Positions 8,516-17,363 of a stretch of 20,762 nucleotides of DNA are shown here, piece by piece (position 1 is the stretch's first letter; each line of letters begins with the position of its first letter). The notes under the pieces are model-generated. The model did no database searches, was not told where the DNA came from, and worked only from the letters and a program-made list of their open reading frames with translations. The translations under genes were made by a program, and so were the position numbers. Where the stretch lies: NCBI GenBank assembly GCA_041178425.1, contig JBEGVH010000036.1, positions 1 through 20,762 on the forward strand, in the 5' to 3' direction. Source of the DNA: Pseudomonadota bacterium (GTDB taxonomy: Bacteria > Bdellovibrionota > Bdellovibrionia > Bdellovibrionales > Bdellovibrionaceae).

Positions 8516-9451
8516 TTATTTTCTCCGCCAGTAGAGCAACTCAGGCAATTTCGCTATTTTCAAAGCTAGTTTTTTTTCATCTTCTGCTAAGAAGCCTTCA
8601 AAAACTCTTAGCAGGCTTTCATAACGAGCAATCAAATTAGCATTAGTGCGATCAAATTCTTCGGCCTTTTGAGCAAAATAGTCTTCGCCAACGGTATTTT
8701 TTAGCTGCCCAAGCGTCTCCGATTTAATGAAGGCCTCTTTTGATTTTGCATCAAGATCTTTAGCCAAAAAGACAGCGAAGGAATTTAAATATCCTGATTT
8801 CAAATCACCAAGAAGGGCTTTACCCTCATCATTGCGAATATCAAAATCTAAGAGATCATCACTTCTCTGAAACAACATCCCTAAAAGGGTTCCCATTTCT
8901 TCCAGAGTATCGTGAAGAAGTTGATCATTGCGGTTAAGGGCAATAAAGGGGGCTCGCAAACACCATTTGAAAAGTGAGGATGTCTTTAAATTGTGAACTC
9001 GATCAAGTTGTTCACCGGTGATATTATAATCTTTAACGAGGGAATCTTGAATCCACTCACCCTCGAGGAGATCCGAAATCACTTCTGCCGTGTACTGAAC
9101 CAAACGTATATTACCATGCGACGAGAGATTCACCATCACTCGTGCCAATAAGTAATCTCCCGCAAGCACCGCATATTCAGGAGTATACTTTAACCACGCT
9201 GTGGTTTTACCACGACGGAGTGCTGAGCGATCAATGAGATCATCATGCAAAAGCGAGGCATTGTGAATGAACTCGATTGTTTGTCCGAGAAGCTTCTCCG
9301 TACCAGGCGGAATGGACAAATTTTCAGCGAAAAGTCGAATCAGTTTCGATCGAAATCCTTTGCCACCAGCGAATAAGTCATCGTACAGCGCATTGAGTTT
9401 CGGCAGATAACCAGGAAAATCTTTTGGGCTATAAATTTTTAAATCCATCAT
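8516..9451 (-). CDS. Long-chain trans-polyprenyl diphosphate synthase (IspB/HepT-like)
   Basis: GGKGFRS, FARM ASLLHDDLID..RRG, AVLAGD, KT and SARM FQRSDDLLD. Small residues (A, S) before the FARM imply a long-chain product. The start is ATG 9451 or 9448. Confidence 0.93.
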   Translation of the reverse strand: MMDLKIYSPKDFPGYLPKLNALYDDLFAGGKGFRSKLIRLFAENLSIPPGTEKLLGQTIEFIHNASLLHDDLIDRSALRRGKTTAWLKYTPEYAVLAGDYLLARVMVNLSSHGNIRLVQYTAEVISDLLEGEWIQDSLVKDYNITGEQLDRVHNLKTSSLFKWCLRAPFIALNRNDQLLHDTLEEMGTLLGMLFQRSDDLLDFDIRNDEGKALLGDLKSGYLNSFAVFLAKDLDAKSKEAFIKSETLGQLKNTVGEDYFAQKAEEFDRTNANLIARYESLLRVFEGFLAEDEKKLALKIAKLPELLYWRRK

Positions 9452-9568
9452 TGGGCGAATCCCCGAGTTTAAAACGGCTATAGTTTTCAAGTTCTTGATT
9501 GATTGTCAAGAAGTGTCATAGTTAAATGGCCCGAGTGCCGCAACCCTACACCCTATCTTCGAGGTTCC

Positions 9569-10003
9569 ATGAGTCAAAACTCTGAAAAATCCCAGGTTTT
9601 TCAAACCAAGGTTAAAATTCGCTTTCGTGATGCCGATCCTGCCGGGATTATGTTTTTTGGAAATATTCTAGGGCTTTCACACGATGTTTTTGAAGAGTTT
9701 ATCGCTGCTCAAGGAGTGACCTGGAAAGAGTGGTTTAAGCCAGAAAATTGGTCTTGCCCAATTCGTCACGCAGAGGTCGACTATTTGTCTCCCTTTTCGC
9801 CCGGGCAGCATTATCTTGCCGAAGTTCGCGTCGCTAAGATTGGCCAATCCTCATTTCAAATGAGGTATGACTTTAAAAAGGACGATGGAACTCCCTGCGC
9901 TAAAGTTCAAGTGGTGCATACCTTTGTGGACAAAAAAACCTTTCAAAAATCTCGAGTACCCGAGCATTTTCAAAAACTCTTTCAAAAATTCCTGATCGAT
10001 TGA
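9569..10003 (+). CDS. Hot-dog fold acyl-CoA thioesterase (4HBT/YbgC-type; possible DHNA-CoA thioesterase)
   Basis: IRFRDADPAGIMFFGN, PIRHAEVDYLSP and KIGQSSF; the ATG at 9569 is preceded by GAGG. Confidence 0.88.
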   Translation: MSQNSEKSQVFQTKVKIRFRDADPAGIMFFGNILGLSHDVFEEFIAAQGVTWKEWFKPENWSCPIRHAEVDYLSPFSPGQHYLAEVRVAKIGQSSFQMRYDFKKDDGTPCAKVQVVHTFVDKKTFQKSRVPEHFQKLFQKFLID

Positions 10004-10023
10004 AATGCCGCTTTGAAAAATAA

Positions 10024-10049
10024 AAACGGCTCCTATCAAGGAGCCGTTT
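10024..10049. terminator. Rho-independent terminator between convergent genes (stronger on the minus strand)
   Basis: 11-bp stem AAACGGCTCCT-atca-AGGAGCCGTTT; a T-rich tract follows on the minus strand. Confidence 0.85.
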
Positions 10050-10072
10050 GAAATCTTGATGAGACAATTCTA

Positions 10073-11626
10073 TTAACGCATTATTTTTCGTTTATCTAAT
10101 CCGTATTTTTCGACTTTCATTATTAAACCTGCCCGACTGATCCCTAATTCCTTCGCGAGCTTAGATTTATTCCAACCCGTACGACGAAGTCCTTCACGAA
10201 TCATATCGCGCTCGAGTTCCTCAAGAGCATCTTTGAGCTTTCCTTGTAAACGGGCGCCTTGAACTTTTCCTTTTTCGGAAGCCTCAAGAATTTTCCCAGA
10301 CAGAAGCTCTTCACCTAACTTTAACTCATCGCCCGCAAGAACAACACAACGCTCGATCTCGTTTTGTAATTCACGCACGTTTCCTGGCCACGAATAATCG
10401 TAGAGCTTTTCCAGCGCTCGACGGGTGAGGGCTTTCTTAGCTCCGCCTTTCAACTCCGCAGCTTTCTGCAAAAAGAATTCTGTCAAAAGAGGAATATCCT
10501 CTTTGCGTTCTTTTAAGCACGGAACTCGAATGTTGATCACATTGAGACGATAATACAGATCTTCTCTAAAGGTCCCTTGCTCTACCATTTCGCGAAGGTT
10601 TTTGTTGGTCGCCGCAATAATGCGAACGTCAACCTTACGGCCCTCTGTGGCACCCACAGGAATAAATGTTCCCTCTTGCAGCACGCGAAGCAACTTCACC
10701 TGCATCTGCGGCGAAGTATCCCCGATTTCGTCAAGAAAGAAGGTCCCCTTGTCGGCCATCTCAAAAAGGCCTTTTTTGTCCTTCAGCGCGCCAGTAAATG
10801 ACCCCTTGACGTGACCAAAGAGTTCAGACTCAAGAAGATTATCAACAAATGCTGAACAGTTCTGTATAACAAATGCTTTGTTTTTACGATTTGAGTTGTA
10901 GTGAATGGATTTGGCAATGAGCTCTTTACCCGTTCCGTTTTCCCCTTGGATAAGCACGGTACTATCGGCTCCTTTGATTTTATCCATGAGTGCATAAAGA
11001 CTCTGCATCGGCTTCGACTTACCAATCATGTTGTCGTACTTAAACCGACTACCAAGTTCTTTATTGAGTTCATTAATGCGATCCTCGCGCGAGGTAATCT
11101 CTAAATGAAGTGTTTTAACTTCTTGAACCACAAGATCACAAAGATCTACAAAGTGTTCTCTCTCGGTCTCATCAACAGCTTTAAACATTGCAAAAGACTT
11201 TTCAATCACATCGCCAGTGCAACCAAACGCCGCTAAACGATCGCGGATTTCGGAGAGCTTATGAGAGAAATTCTCATCGCGAAAGAATCCCACAGCGAGA
11301 ACTGTACCCATAAAATCATTTTCGATCATCAAGGGAAAAACGCCGATATCGTAACCGACCATATCCCATCGGCGAACACTGTAGCGATTATCTGAACTTC
11401 TCAAGTCTTCAACCGCTTTCAATACTGCCTCTGATAAATTTGTACGACAGGTTTCTTTCTGCATTAAAAATGCTGTTGCAGGATTTTTACACTGCGACTT
11501 TCCGGAAAACCCTTTTACTTGGCCTTTTTCATCCGTGAAGAGCAAATCGATATTCCACCAACTATTCAAAATCAGTCGGAGCTTATCGATGACATGTATA
11601 TGCTCAAAATCATCCCAATTAATCAT
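10073..11626 (-). CDS. Sigma54-dependent enhancer-binding protein (PocR-like sensor, AAA+, Fis HTH)
   Basis: Walker A GENGTGKE, ESELFGHVKGSFTGA, Walker B FLDEIGD, FREDLYYRLNV, WPGNVRELQN and HTH WNKSKLAKELGISR. The ATG at 11626 has SD GGAGG. The PocR-like call for the N-terminus is tentative. Confidence 0.93.
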   Translation of the reverse strand: MINWDDFEHIHVIDKLRLILNSWWNIDLLFTDEKGQVKGFSGKSQCKNPATAFLMQKETCRTNLSEAVLKAVEDLRSSDNRYSVRRWDMVGYDIGVFPLMIENDFMGTVLAVGFFRDENFSHKLSEIRDRLAAFGCTGDVIEKSFAMFKAVDETEREHFVDLCDLVVQEVKTLHLEITSREDRINELNKELGSRFKYDNMIGKSKPMQSLYALMDKIKGADSTVLIQGENGTGKELIAKSIHYNSNRKNKAFVIQNCSAFVDNLLESELFGHVKGSFTGALKDKKGLFEMADKGTFFLDEIGDTSPQMQVKLLRVLQEGTFIPVGATEGRKVDVRIIAATNKNLREMVEQGTFREDLYYRLNVINIRVPCLKERKEDIPLLTEFFLQKAAELKGGAKKALTRRALEKLYDYSWPGNVRELQNEIERCVVLAGDELKLGEELLSGKILEASEKGKVQGARLQGKLKDALEELERDMIREGLRRTGWNKSKLAKELGISRAGLIMKVEKYGLDKRKIMR

Positions 11627-11660
11627 TGACCAAACCTCCATTAAGATTGTGTCGAGGTTT

Positions 11661-11688
11661 ATATCGTCAAAAATTTAAACAAACTTTA
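11661..11688 (-). promoter_or_regulatory. Putative sigma28 (FliA/SigD) promoter
   Basis: Minus strand reads TAAA-gtttgtttaaattttt(N16)-GACGATAT, against consensus TAAA-N15/16-GCCGATA(A/T). It includes the extended TAAAGTTT -35 and lies about 35 nt upstream of the activator ATG. Confidence 0.55.
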
Positions 11689-11728
11689 GGGGATGACTAA
11701 ATTAAATACGCGACCTGATTTTAAATAA

Positions 11729-14551
11729 CTAATTATTCAGATGTTTTGCTAAATACATTCCCGTTAAACTCGACTTTTGGCCAGTCAACTTTTTAGGCGA
11801 ACCCGTAAAAACAACCTGTCCACCTTCGTGTCCACCCTCGGGCCCCATGTCGATGACGTAGTCGGCGCCAGAGATCACATCGAGATTGTGCTCCACCACA
11901 ATCACACTGGCTCCACTGTCAATGAGCCGATGCAGTACAGTCATAAGCATTTCAACTTCACGAAAATGAAGGCCCGTCGTGGGCTCATCGAGAATATAAA
12001 GGGTTGAACTCTGGTTTACTTGGCTGAGCTCTTTGGCAATTTTCAATCGCTGAGACTCTCCACCACTAAAACTGCTCGCGGCTTGACCCAATCGAAGATA
12101 CTCAAGACCAACTTCTTTCAAAAAACTGAGGGATTTACGAATATTCGGATAATTAACAAAGAACTGAGTTCCTTCTTCGATCGTCATATTGAGGATCTCA
12201 AGAATATTTTTGTCTTGAAAACGAACCTCAAGTACTTCTTCCTGAAATCGCTTACCATCGCAAATCTCGCACTTGAGCGTGACATTATCCATAAAGATCA
12301 TATCGATCTCTTCGAATCCGAGCCCCTTACAAGCAGGGCAGCGTCCCCCATCTACGTTCAAACTAAAATGGCCAGGAGTTAATCCTCTTTGTTTAGCCTC
12401 GGTCGTTGCCGCCATGATATTGCGAACAATATCATACGTCTTCATGTACGTGAGTATATTGCTTCTGAGCGACCGACCAATCGGGGATTGATCTAGCAGC
12501 ACGACGTTTTTAATATTTTCAATACCTTCGATGCCTACACAGGGTTGAGACACAGGATAATCAATATCTAGGGCCCGACAAAGAGTTGGATAGAGTGTCT
12601 TGCTAATAAGGGTAGACTTACCCGATCCACTCACTCCAGTAACGGCGACGAGTCGGTGCAGTGGGATATCAATGTCTACGTTTTTCAAATTATGACCACT
12701 AGCCCCCCGCAAGGTGAGTTTATACTTATGTGTCGCGAGGTCGGTAGCGCGATCCGCAGTGCTCTTTTTGCGACTAGCTGTCGAATCATGGCGAAGATAA
12801 GGAACGGTATTTGAATTTTTCGACTTCCAAAAGTTATCAATCGAGCCGGCAAAAACGACTTCGCCGCCATAAATGCCTGAGCCGGGACCCATCTCAATGA
12901 TGTTTTCACTACACTTAATGACATCGTGATCATGTTCAACAATAACGATGGTGTTGCCTAGATCACGCAATTCTTTGAGAATCGATATCAAGCGATCATT
13001 ATCTCTGGGATGCAAACCAACCGTTGGTTCATCAAGCACATACAGCGCCTGCGACAAAGCCATTCCTAATTGGTGCGCCAAAATAAGCCGCTGGTATTCT
13101 CCACCAGAGAGGGTTCTGGTTTCGCGATTGAGGCTTAGGTAATGAACACCCACTCGCATTAAAAAGTTGAGGCGAGAACGTAACTGAAAAAGAACCTCCT
13201 CAACCGCTAGTTTTTCATCCGTCGAAAGCTGCAATTGGGCGAAAAAGCTATGAAGATCACGTACGGTCATTGAGCACAGTTGAGGGAGCGATTGACCGCG
13301 AAAATAAATAGAGTTTACTTCGGCCCGCAATCTCGATCCGTGGCAGTCAGTACAAAGGGAGGGGCTTCGAAAGCGAGAAATAAAAACGCGTACGTGCATT
13401 TTATACTTCATCTCTTCGAGCATAGCGAAAAGGCCCTTAACTCCCATAAAGTCTCTAGTGCCATCCCAAATCATTTTGCGATGTTCGCTGGGCAAGTCTG
13501 ACCATGGCTTTTCAATATTAATTTTTTGTTTTTTACAAAAAGAGAGCATTTCTTTTTTGTCGTGAGCGGCACTTGGCATTTCAAATGGATTTAATGCACC
13601 CTCAGAAATACTTAGCTTTGGGTTTGGAACTACTTTTTTCTCATCGACTTCAAGAATGTTACCAAAGCCTTTACAAGTGGGACAAGCACCGTACGGACTA
13701 TTAAAACTAAACAACTTTGTTGAGAGTCCCGGGGGTTGATAACCACAAACTGCGCAGCAATTATCTTCACTCACCTGAAGCCTACGCCCTTCGGTGGTAA
13801 TTACAATAGCTCTTGCCGCCAATAGTTCAGAATTGTACCTGGTACTCGCCTCGTAAGCCTGAGCCATTGAGTCGGCGAGACGCCCACGATCCTCTTCGCT
13901 AAAAGATAAACGATCAATCACTAGATAGAAGGCTTCTTTAGGTAAACCTTTTTTTACTCCCGCAGCACCGGAAATCTCGCGAACCTCACCAACGATCTCG
14001 CCCTCTTTGGGTACCATGATTCGCAAAAAACCATCTTTTAGTAAATTCGCGTGAAGCTCCTTGCCTTGGCTAGGCCGGCCTTTTTTAGGAATCTCTACCA
14101 ACAGGTAACCGCGTTCACCACCAAACTGTTCAATGACTTTAGACGTCGCCTGGGTCACCGATTCTTTTGAGGTGGGCACTTGGTGCTCCGGGCAATACGG
14201 CTGTCCTAATTTTTCAAAAAGAAGCCTGAGGTAATCGACAATCTCCGTCGTGGTACCTACTGTGGAGCGACTATTTTTAACTGAATTCTTCTGCTCAATG
14301 GAAATTGCGGGTGGAATATTCGCCACCCCTTCGATATCCGGCTTTGGAGCAGCGTTAAGAAACTGCCGCGCATAATTAGACAAGCTCTCGATAAAACGTC
14401 GCTGACCTTCAGCAAAAAGAGTTTCAAAGGCGAGGGAGCTTTTACCTGAGCCACTGGGCCCACAAACAACTGTCATCTCACCGAGGGGTATCTTAACTTC
14501 GATATCCTTAAGATTGTTCTGTTTGACACCCCAAAGGTGGATTTCCTTCAT
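11729..14551 (-). CDS. uvrA: Excinuclease ABC subunit UvrA (divergent, possibly a paralogue)
   Basis: Two ABC cassettes (GPSGSGKSS / LSGGEYQR / LDEPTVGLH and GVSGSGKST / FSGGESQR / LDEPTTGLH), AEGQRRFIESLS, FSFNSPYGACPTCKGFG and the CPACKG..CEICDGKRF zinc modules. Confidence 0.92.
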   Translation of the reverse strand: MKEIHLWGVKQNNLKDIEVKIPLGEMTVVCGPSGSGKSSLAFETLFAEGQRRFIESLSNYARQFLNAAPKPDIEGVANIPPAISIEQKNSVKNSRSTVGTTTEIVDYLRLLFEKLGQPYCPEHQVPTSKESVTQATSKVIEQFGGERGYLLVEIPKKGRPSQGKELHANLLKDGFLRIMVPKEGEIVGEVREISGAAGVKKGLPKEAFYLVIDRLSFSEEDRGRLADSMAQAYEASTRYNSELLAARAIVITTEGRRLQVSEDNCCAVCGYQPPGLSTKLFSFNSPYGACPTCKGFGNILEVDEKKVVPNPKLSISEGALNPFEMPSAAHDKKEMLSFCKKQKINIEKPWSDLPSEHRKMIWDGTRDFMGVKGLFAMLEEMKYKMHVRVFISRFRSPSLCTDCHGSRLRAEVNSIYFRGQSLPQLCSMTVRDLHSFFAQLQLSTDEKLAVEEVLFQLRSRLNFLMRVGVHYLSLNRETRTLSGGEYQRLILAHQLGMALSQALYVLDEPTVGLHPRDNDRLISILKELRDLGNTIVIVEHDHDVIKCSENIIEMGPGSGIYGGEVVFAGSIDNFWKSKNSNTVPYLRHDSTASRKKSTADRATDLATHKYKLTLRGASGHNLKNVDIDIPLHRLVAVTGVSGSGKSTLISKTLYPTLCRALDIDYPVSQPCVGIEGIENIKNVVLLDQSPIGRSLRSNILTYMKTYDIVRNIMAATTEAKQRGLTPGHFSLNVDGGRCPACKGLGFEEIDMIFMDNVTLKCEICDGKRFQEEVLEVRFQDKNILEILNMTIEEGTQFFVNYPNIRKSLSFLKEVGLEYLRLGQAASSFSGGESQRLKIAKELSQVNQSSTLYILDEPTTGLHFREVEMLMTVLHRLIDSGASVIVVEHNLDVISGADYVIDMGPEGGHEGGQVVFTGSPKKLTGQKSSLTGMYLAKHLNN

Positions 14552-17250
14552 TCCGACAAATCCTGTTTATAAAAGTCTATTTCTTCATCTTTACGGCTAC
14601 TCGCGGCCGTCGGCTCAGTGCCTTCGCGAAAAGCTTGTCTTATCACATTTTTTGTTGAGGCGTTAGGAAGTTTTCCTGAAACGCTGTCGATGCTCGCGAA
14701 TACGATGCCTGGTGGCACTCCAAAATTTTTATCGGGCAATCGACGATGGGCTGCCGTCATGTATCGAAGCCAAATAGGAAGTGCCACACGACCACCCACT
14801 TCTCCAACCCCTAGAGTTTTTTCCTGATCGAACCCTACCCATACTCCGGTTGATATTTGAGGAGTATAACCAATAAACCAACCATCAAAGTATCCGTTCG
14901 TTGTGCCGGTTTTTCCCGCTACCTCGCGCCCCAAGGCACGAGCTCTGCCACCAGTGCCGCCACCATCCTCTATGGTTGCCCGAAGGAGAGTCGTAATCAG
15001 ATAAGCAGTCGTAGGGTCGATGAGTTGGTCGGGATCTTGAAAAAAGATCGGCGGATATTTTTTCAATTTTGCTTTTAACTCTGGATCATCATTGCTCGCA
15101 TTATATTTTTCTAACAACTCAAGATACTCTAGGCGTCTTTTTTCAAAGTTATCTTCGATAGGCTTTTGAACATCCGTGAAGCGCTCATCAAGTGAAATTT
15201 TCTCCACTAAAACTCTGCCCTCACGATTGAGAACTTTTTGAACCATCATAGGACGCATACGTTTTCCAAGGCGTCCAAAATGGCCGAAGGCCTTAGTCAT
15301 TTCATACAGGGTCACACTGCTCGAGCCTAGGGCCAAGGTGAAGTCTTTATTGAGGGGGCTAAAGATACCAAGACGTTGTGAGTAATCAAGCGCCCAACTC
15401 ACTCCGAGGTCTTCCATAATTCGAACCGTCGGTAAATTGAGAGACTTAACAAGCGCGCTTCTAAAAAGAATGTCTCCCTCAAAAGTTTTGGAGTGATTGG
15501 TGGGCTTCCACGTGCGGGTCTGTTTTGACTCGCCCCCTTTAGCATCCGTCGAATCTTGTCCTTCGCGGTCTTCAGCATCATACTGCCCCTCAAACACCAG
15601 TGGTGCATCGAGAATTGGGGTGGCGGGCGTGTATCCTTTATCAAGAGCGGCAGCATAAACAATTGATTTAAACGAAGATCCCGTTTGTCTGGCGGCCTGT
15701 ATGGTTCGGTTGAACTCTGACTTTTCGAAATTTTTTCCACCCACCATAGCGACCACCTCGTCCGACTCAAGATCAAGACTCAGCAAGGCACCTTCAACGA
15801 TGGGCTCTTGTTCCAAGGCCAGTAAGAGCTCGCCATCCAATTTAGGTGGTTGAATGGGGTTTTTTGCTTTGCTCGAAGTTAATTTTGCCAATCGATCCGA
15901 TTTAAATTGAGCATCAACAACTTTAACCTCAATAACATCCCCAGCTTTCAATGCCTGAGATGGTTTGGTGACAGGCTGGCTTTCAGGAGAGACCTCGGGG
16001 TTTGGCTTTCGGGCCCAACGCATCGACTCCAGGTCTATGATTCCCTTCGCCCCTGGTACTTTTACGTAAACGAGTCCCGCCACATCATCAACTCGCGAGA
16101 CAATGCCGTGAACCACAGTATCTTTTTGGAGCCACTCAGGAAGATTTGAGGCTTTCGCCTTTCTAGCTGCTTCTTCTGACTCGGGCACAATCATCATCTC
16201 GCCTTTAGCATCGATGAGTCTCGCACTTGAGATTTGCGATTTTAGCTTTTTCTTTTCGTCTTCAAGAAATTTCTCTTGTTCATTCACCGCTAGCGTTTTT
16301 ATTGCTCCTCGATATCCTTGGCGTTTATCGAGCTCACGAAGACCCGCCTCGACGCTTTTTTGTGCCTCTATTTGTTTGTCGAAATCAAGTCCGGTGTAAA
16401 TACGAATGCCTTGATCGAGAACGACCTCTTCAGAAAGCTTTTTAACGAGCATCTGGCGGATTGTCTCGAGGTAAAAAGGCGCCATTTCATCGTACTTTAC
16501 TTTAATAAAAACTTTGATCGGCGTATTCGCCGCTTCTTCAGCTACGGCCTCAGTGATAAAACCTTTTTCGGCCATTTGGCGAAGCACGTACCGCTGCCGC
16601 TCTTTCGCTCGCTTTGGATTTACCACTGGTGAATACCGGCTCGGTGCTTGGGGTAATCCGGCGAGGAGTGCCGCCTCTCCGACCGTCAACTGCTCTACGG
16701 GTTTGCGAAAATAAGTTTCGGCTGCCACTCCAATTCCGTAAGAGCTTTGTCCGAGAAATATCTGATTGAGGTACAGATACATGATGTCTTCTTTAGAAAG
16801 GTTTTTTTCCATTTTGAGAGCGAGAAGCACATCTTTAATTTTTCGAGTAATCGTTCGTTCCGATGAAAGCAAAAGAGTTTTCGCCACCTGCTGAGTAATC
16901 GTCGAGCCCCCCTGCACCGTATGTCCGGCACGAATATTAACCACCAGGGCTCTCATGATGGCCTGTAGATTGATTCCCTTATGTTCATAAAACTCACTAT
17001 CTTCGGCCGCCATGAACGCTTGCACAACAACCTTAGGGATGCGCTCAAAGGGAACCAAGACCCGACGCTCACGAAAAAATTCACCCACCTTACGACCGTC
17101 TTTCGCGTACACGTTGCTAACTAAAAGTGGTTTGTAATCTTTGAGGGTGACCACATCCGGAAGACCGTTGCCAACTGACACAACAAGGGCAACAACAGAC
17201 GTAATAGCAATGACTAGTAGAATGGAAAAAATAATAAGAGCTTTTTTCAT
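14548..17250 (-). CDS. mrcA: Class A penicillin-binding protein PBP1A
   Basis: N-terminal TM anchor, glycosyltransferase motifs AAEDSEFYEHKG, QGGSTITQQVAK and YLNQIFLG, an OB-like insertion, and transpeptidase motifs SSFK, SLN and KTGT. Confidence 0.95.
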   Translation of the reverse strand: MKKALIIFSILLVIAITSVVALVVSVGNGLPDVVTLKDYKPLLVSNVYAKDGRKVGEFFRERRVLVPFERIPKVVVQAFMAAEDSEFYEHKGINLQAIMRALVVNIRAGHTVQGGSTITQQVAKTLLLSSERTITRKIKDVLLALKMEKNLSKEDIMYLYLNQIFLGQSSYGIGVAAETYFRKPVEQLTVGEAALLAGLPQAPSRYSPVVNPKRAKERQRYVLRQMAEKGFITEAVAEEAANTPIKVFIKVKYDEMAPFYLETIRQMLVKKLSEEVVLDQGIRIYTGLDFDKQIEAQKSVEAGLRELDKRQGYRGAIKTLAVNEQEKFLEDEKKKLKSQISSARLIDAKGEMMIVPESEEAARKAKASNLPEWLQKDTVVHGIVSRVDDVAGLVYVKVPGAKGIIDLESMRWARKPNPEVSPESQPVTKPSQALKAGDVIEVKVVDAQFKSDRLAKLTSSKAKNPIQPPKLDGELLLALEQEPIVEGALLSLDLESDEVVAMVGGKNFEKSEFNRTIQAARQTGSSFKSIVYAAALDKGYTPATPILDAPLVFEGQYDAEDREGQDSTDAKGGESKQTRTWKPTNHSKTFEGDILFRSALVKSLNLPTVRIMEDLGVSWALDYSQRLGIFSPLNKDFTLALGSSSVTLYEMTKAFGHFGRLGKRMRPMMVQKVLNREGRVLVEKISLDERFTDVQKPIEDNFEKRRLEYLELLEKYNASNDDPELKAKLKKYPPIFFQDPDQLIDPTTAYLITTLLRATIEDGGGTGGRARALGREVAGKTGTTNGYFDGWFIGYTPQISTGVWVGFDQEKTLGVGEVGGRVALPIWLRYMTAAHRRLPDKNFGVPPGIVFASIDSVSGKLPNASTKNVIRQAFREGTEPTAASSRKDEEIDFYKQDLSE

Positions 17251-17325
17251 GAATTCGTTCCGCCTAACTTATTGAAAGTTTACGGAAAAATCATGAAACT
17301 GTCTAGAGAATAGACGATCGCAAAA

Positions 17326-17348
17326 AGCCCTTCACTCAACGAAGGGCT
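17326..17348 (-). terminator. Rho-independent terminator after the coiled-coil gene
   Basis: 8-bp stem AGCCCTTC-actcaac-GAAGGGCT followed by a T-run on the minus strand, 15 nt after the stop at 17364. Confidence 0.75.
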
Positions 17349-17363
17349 AGGTCCTCGAGGATC

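Noticed and set aside
10790..10807. GSFTGA instead of GAFTGA in the sigma54 activator
   Set aside because: This is a common variant that keeps the critical F and T, so it is not evidence of sigma54 independence.
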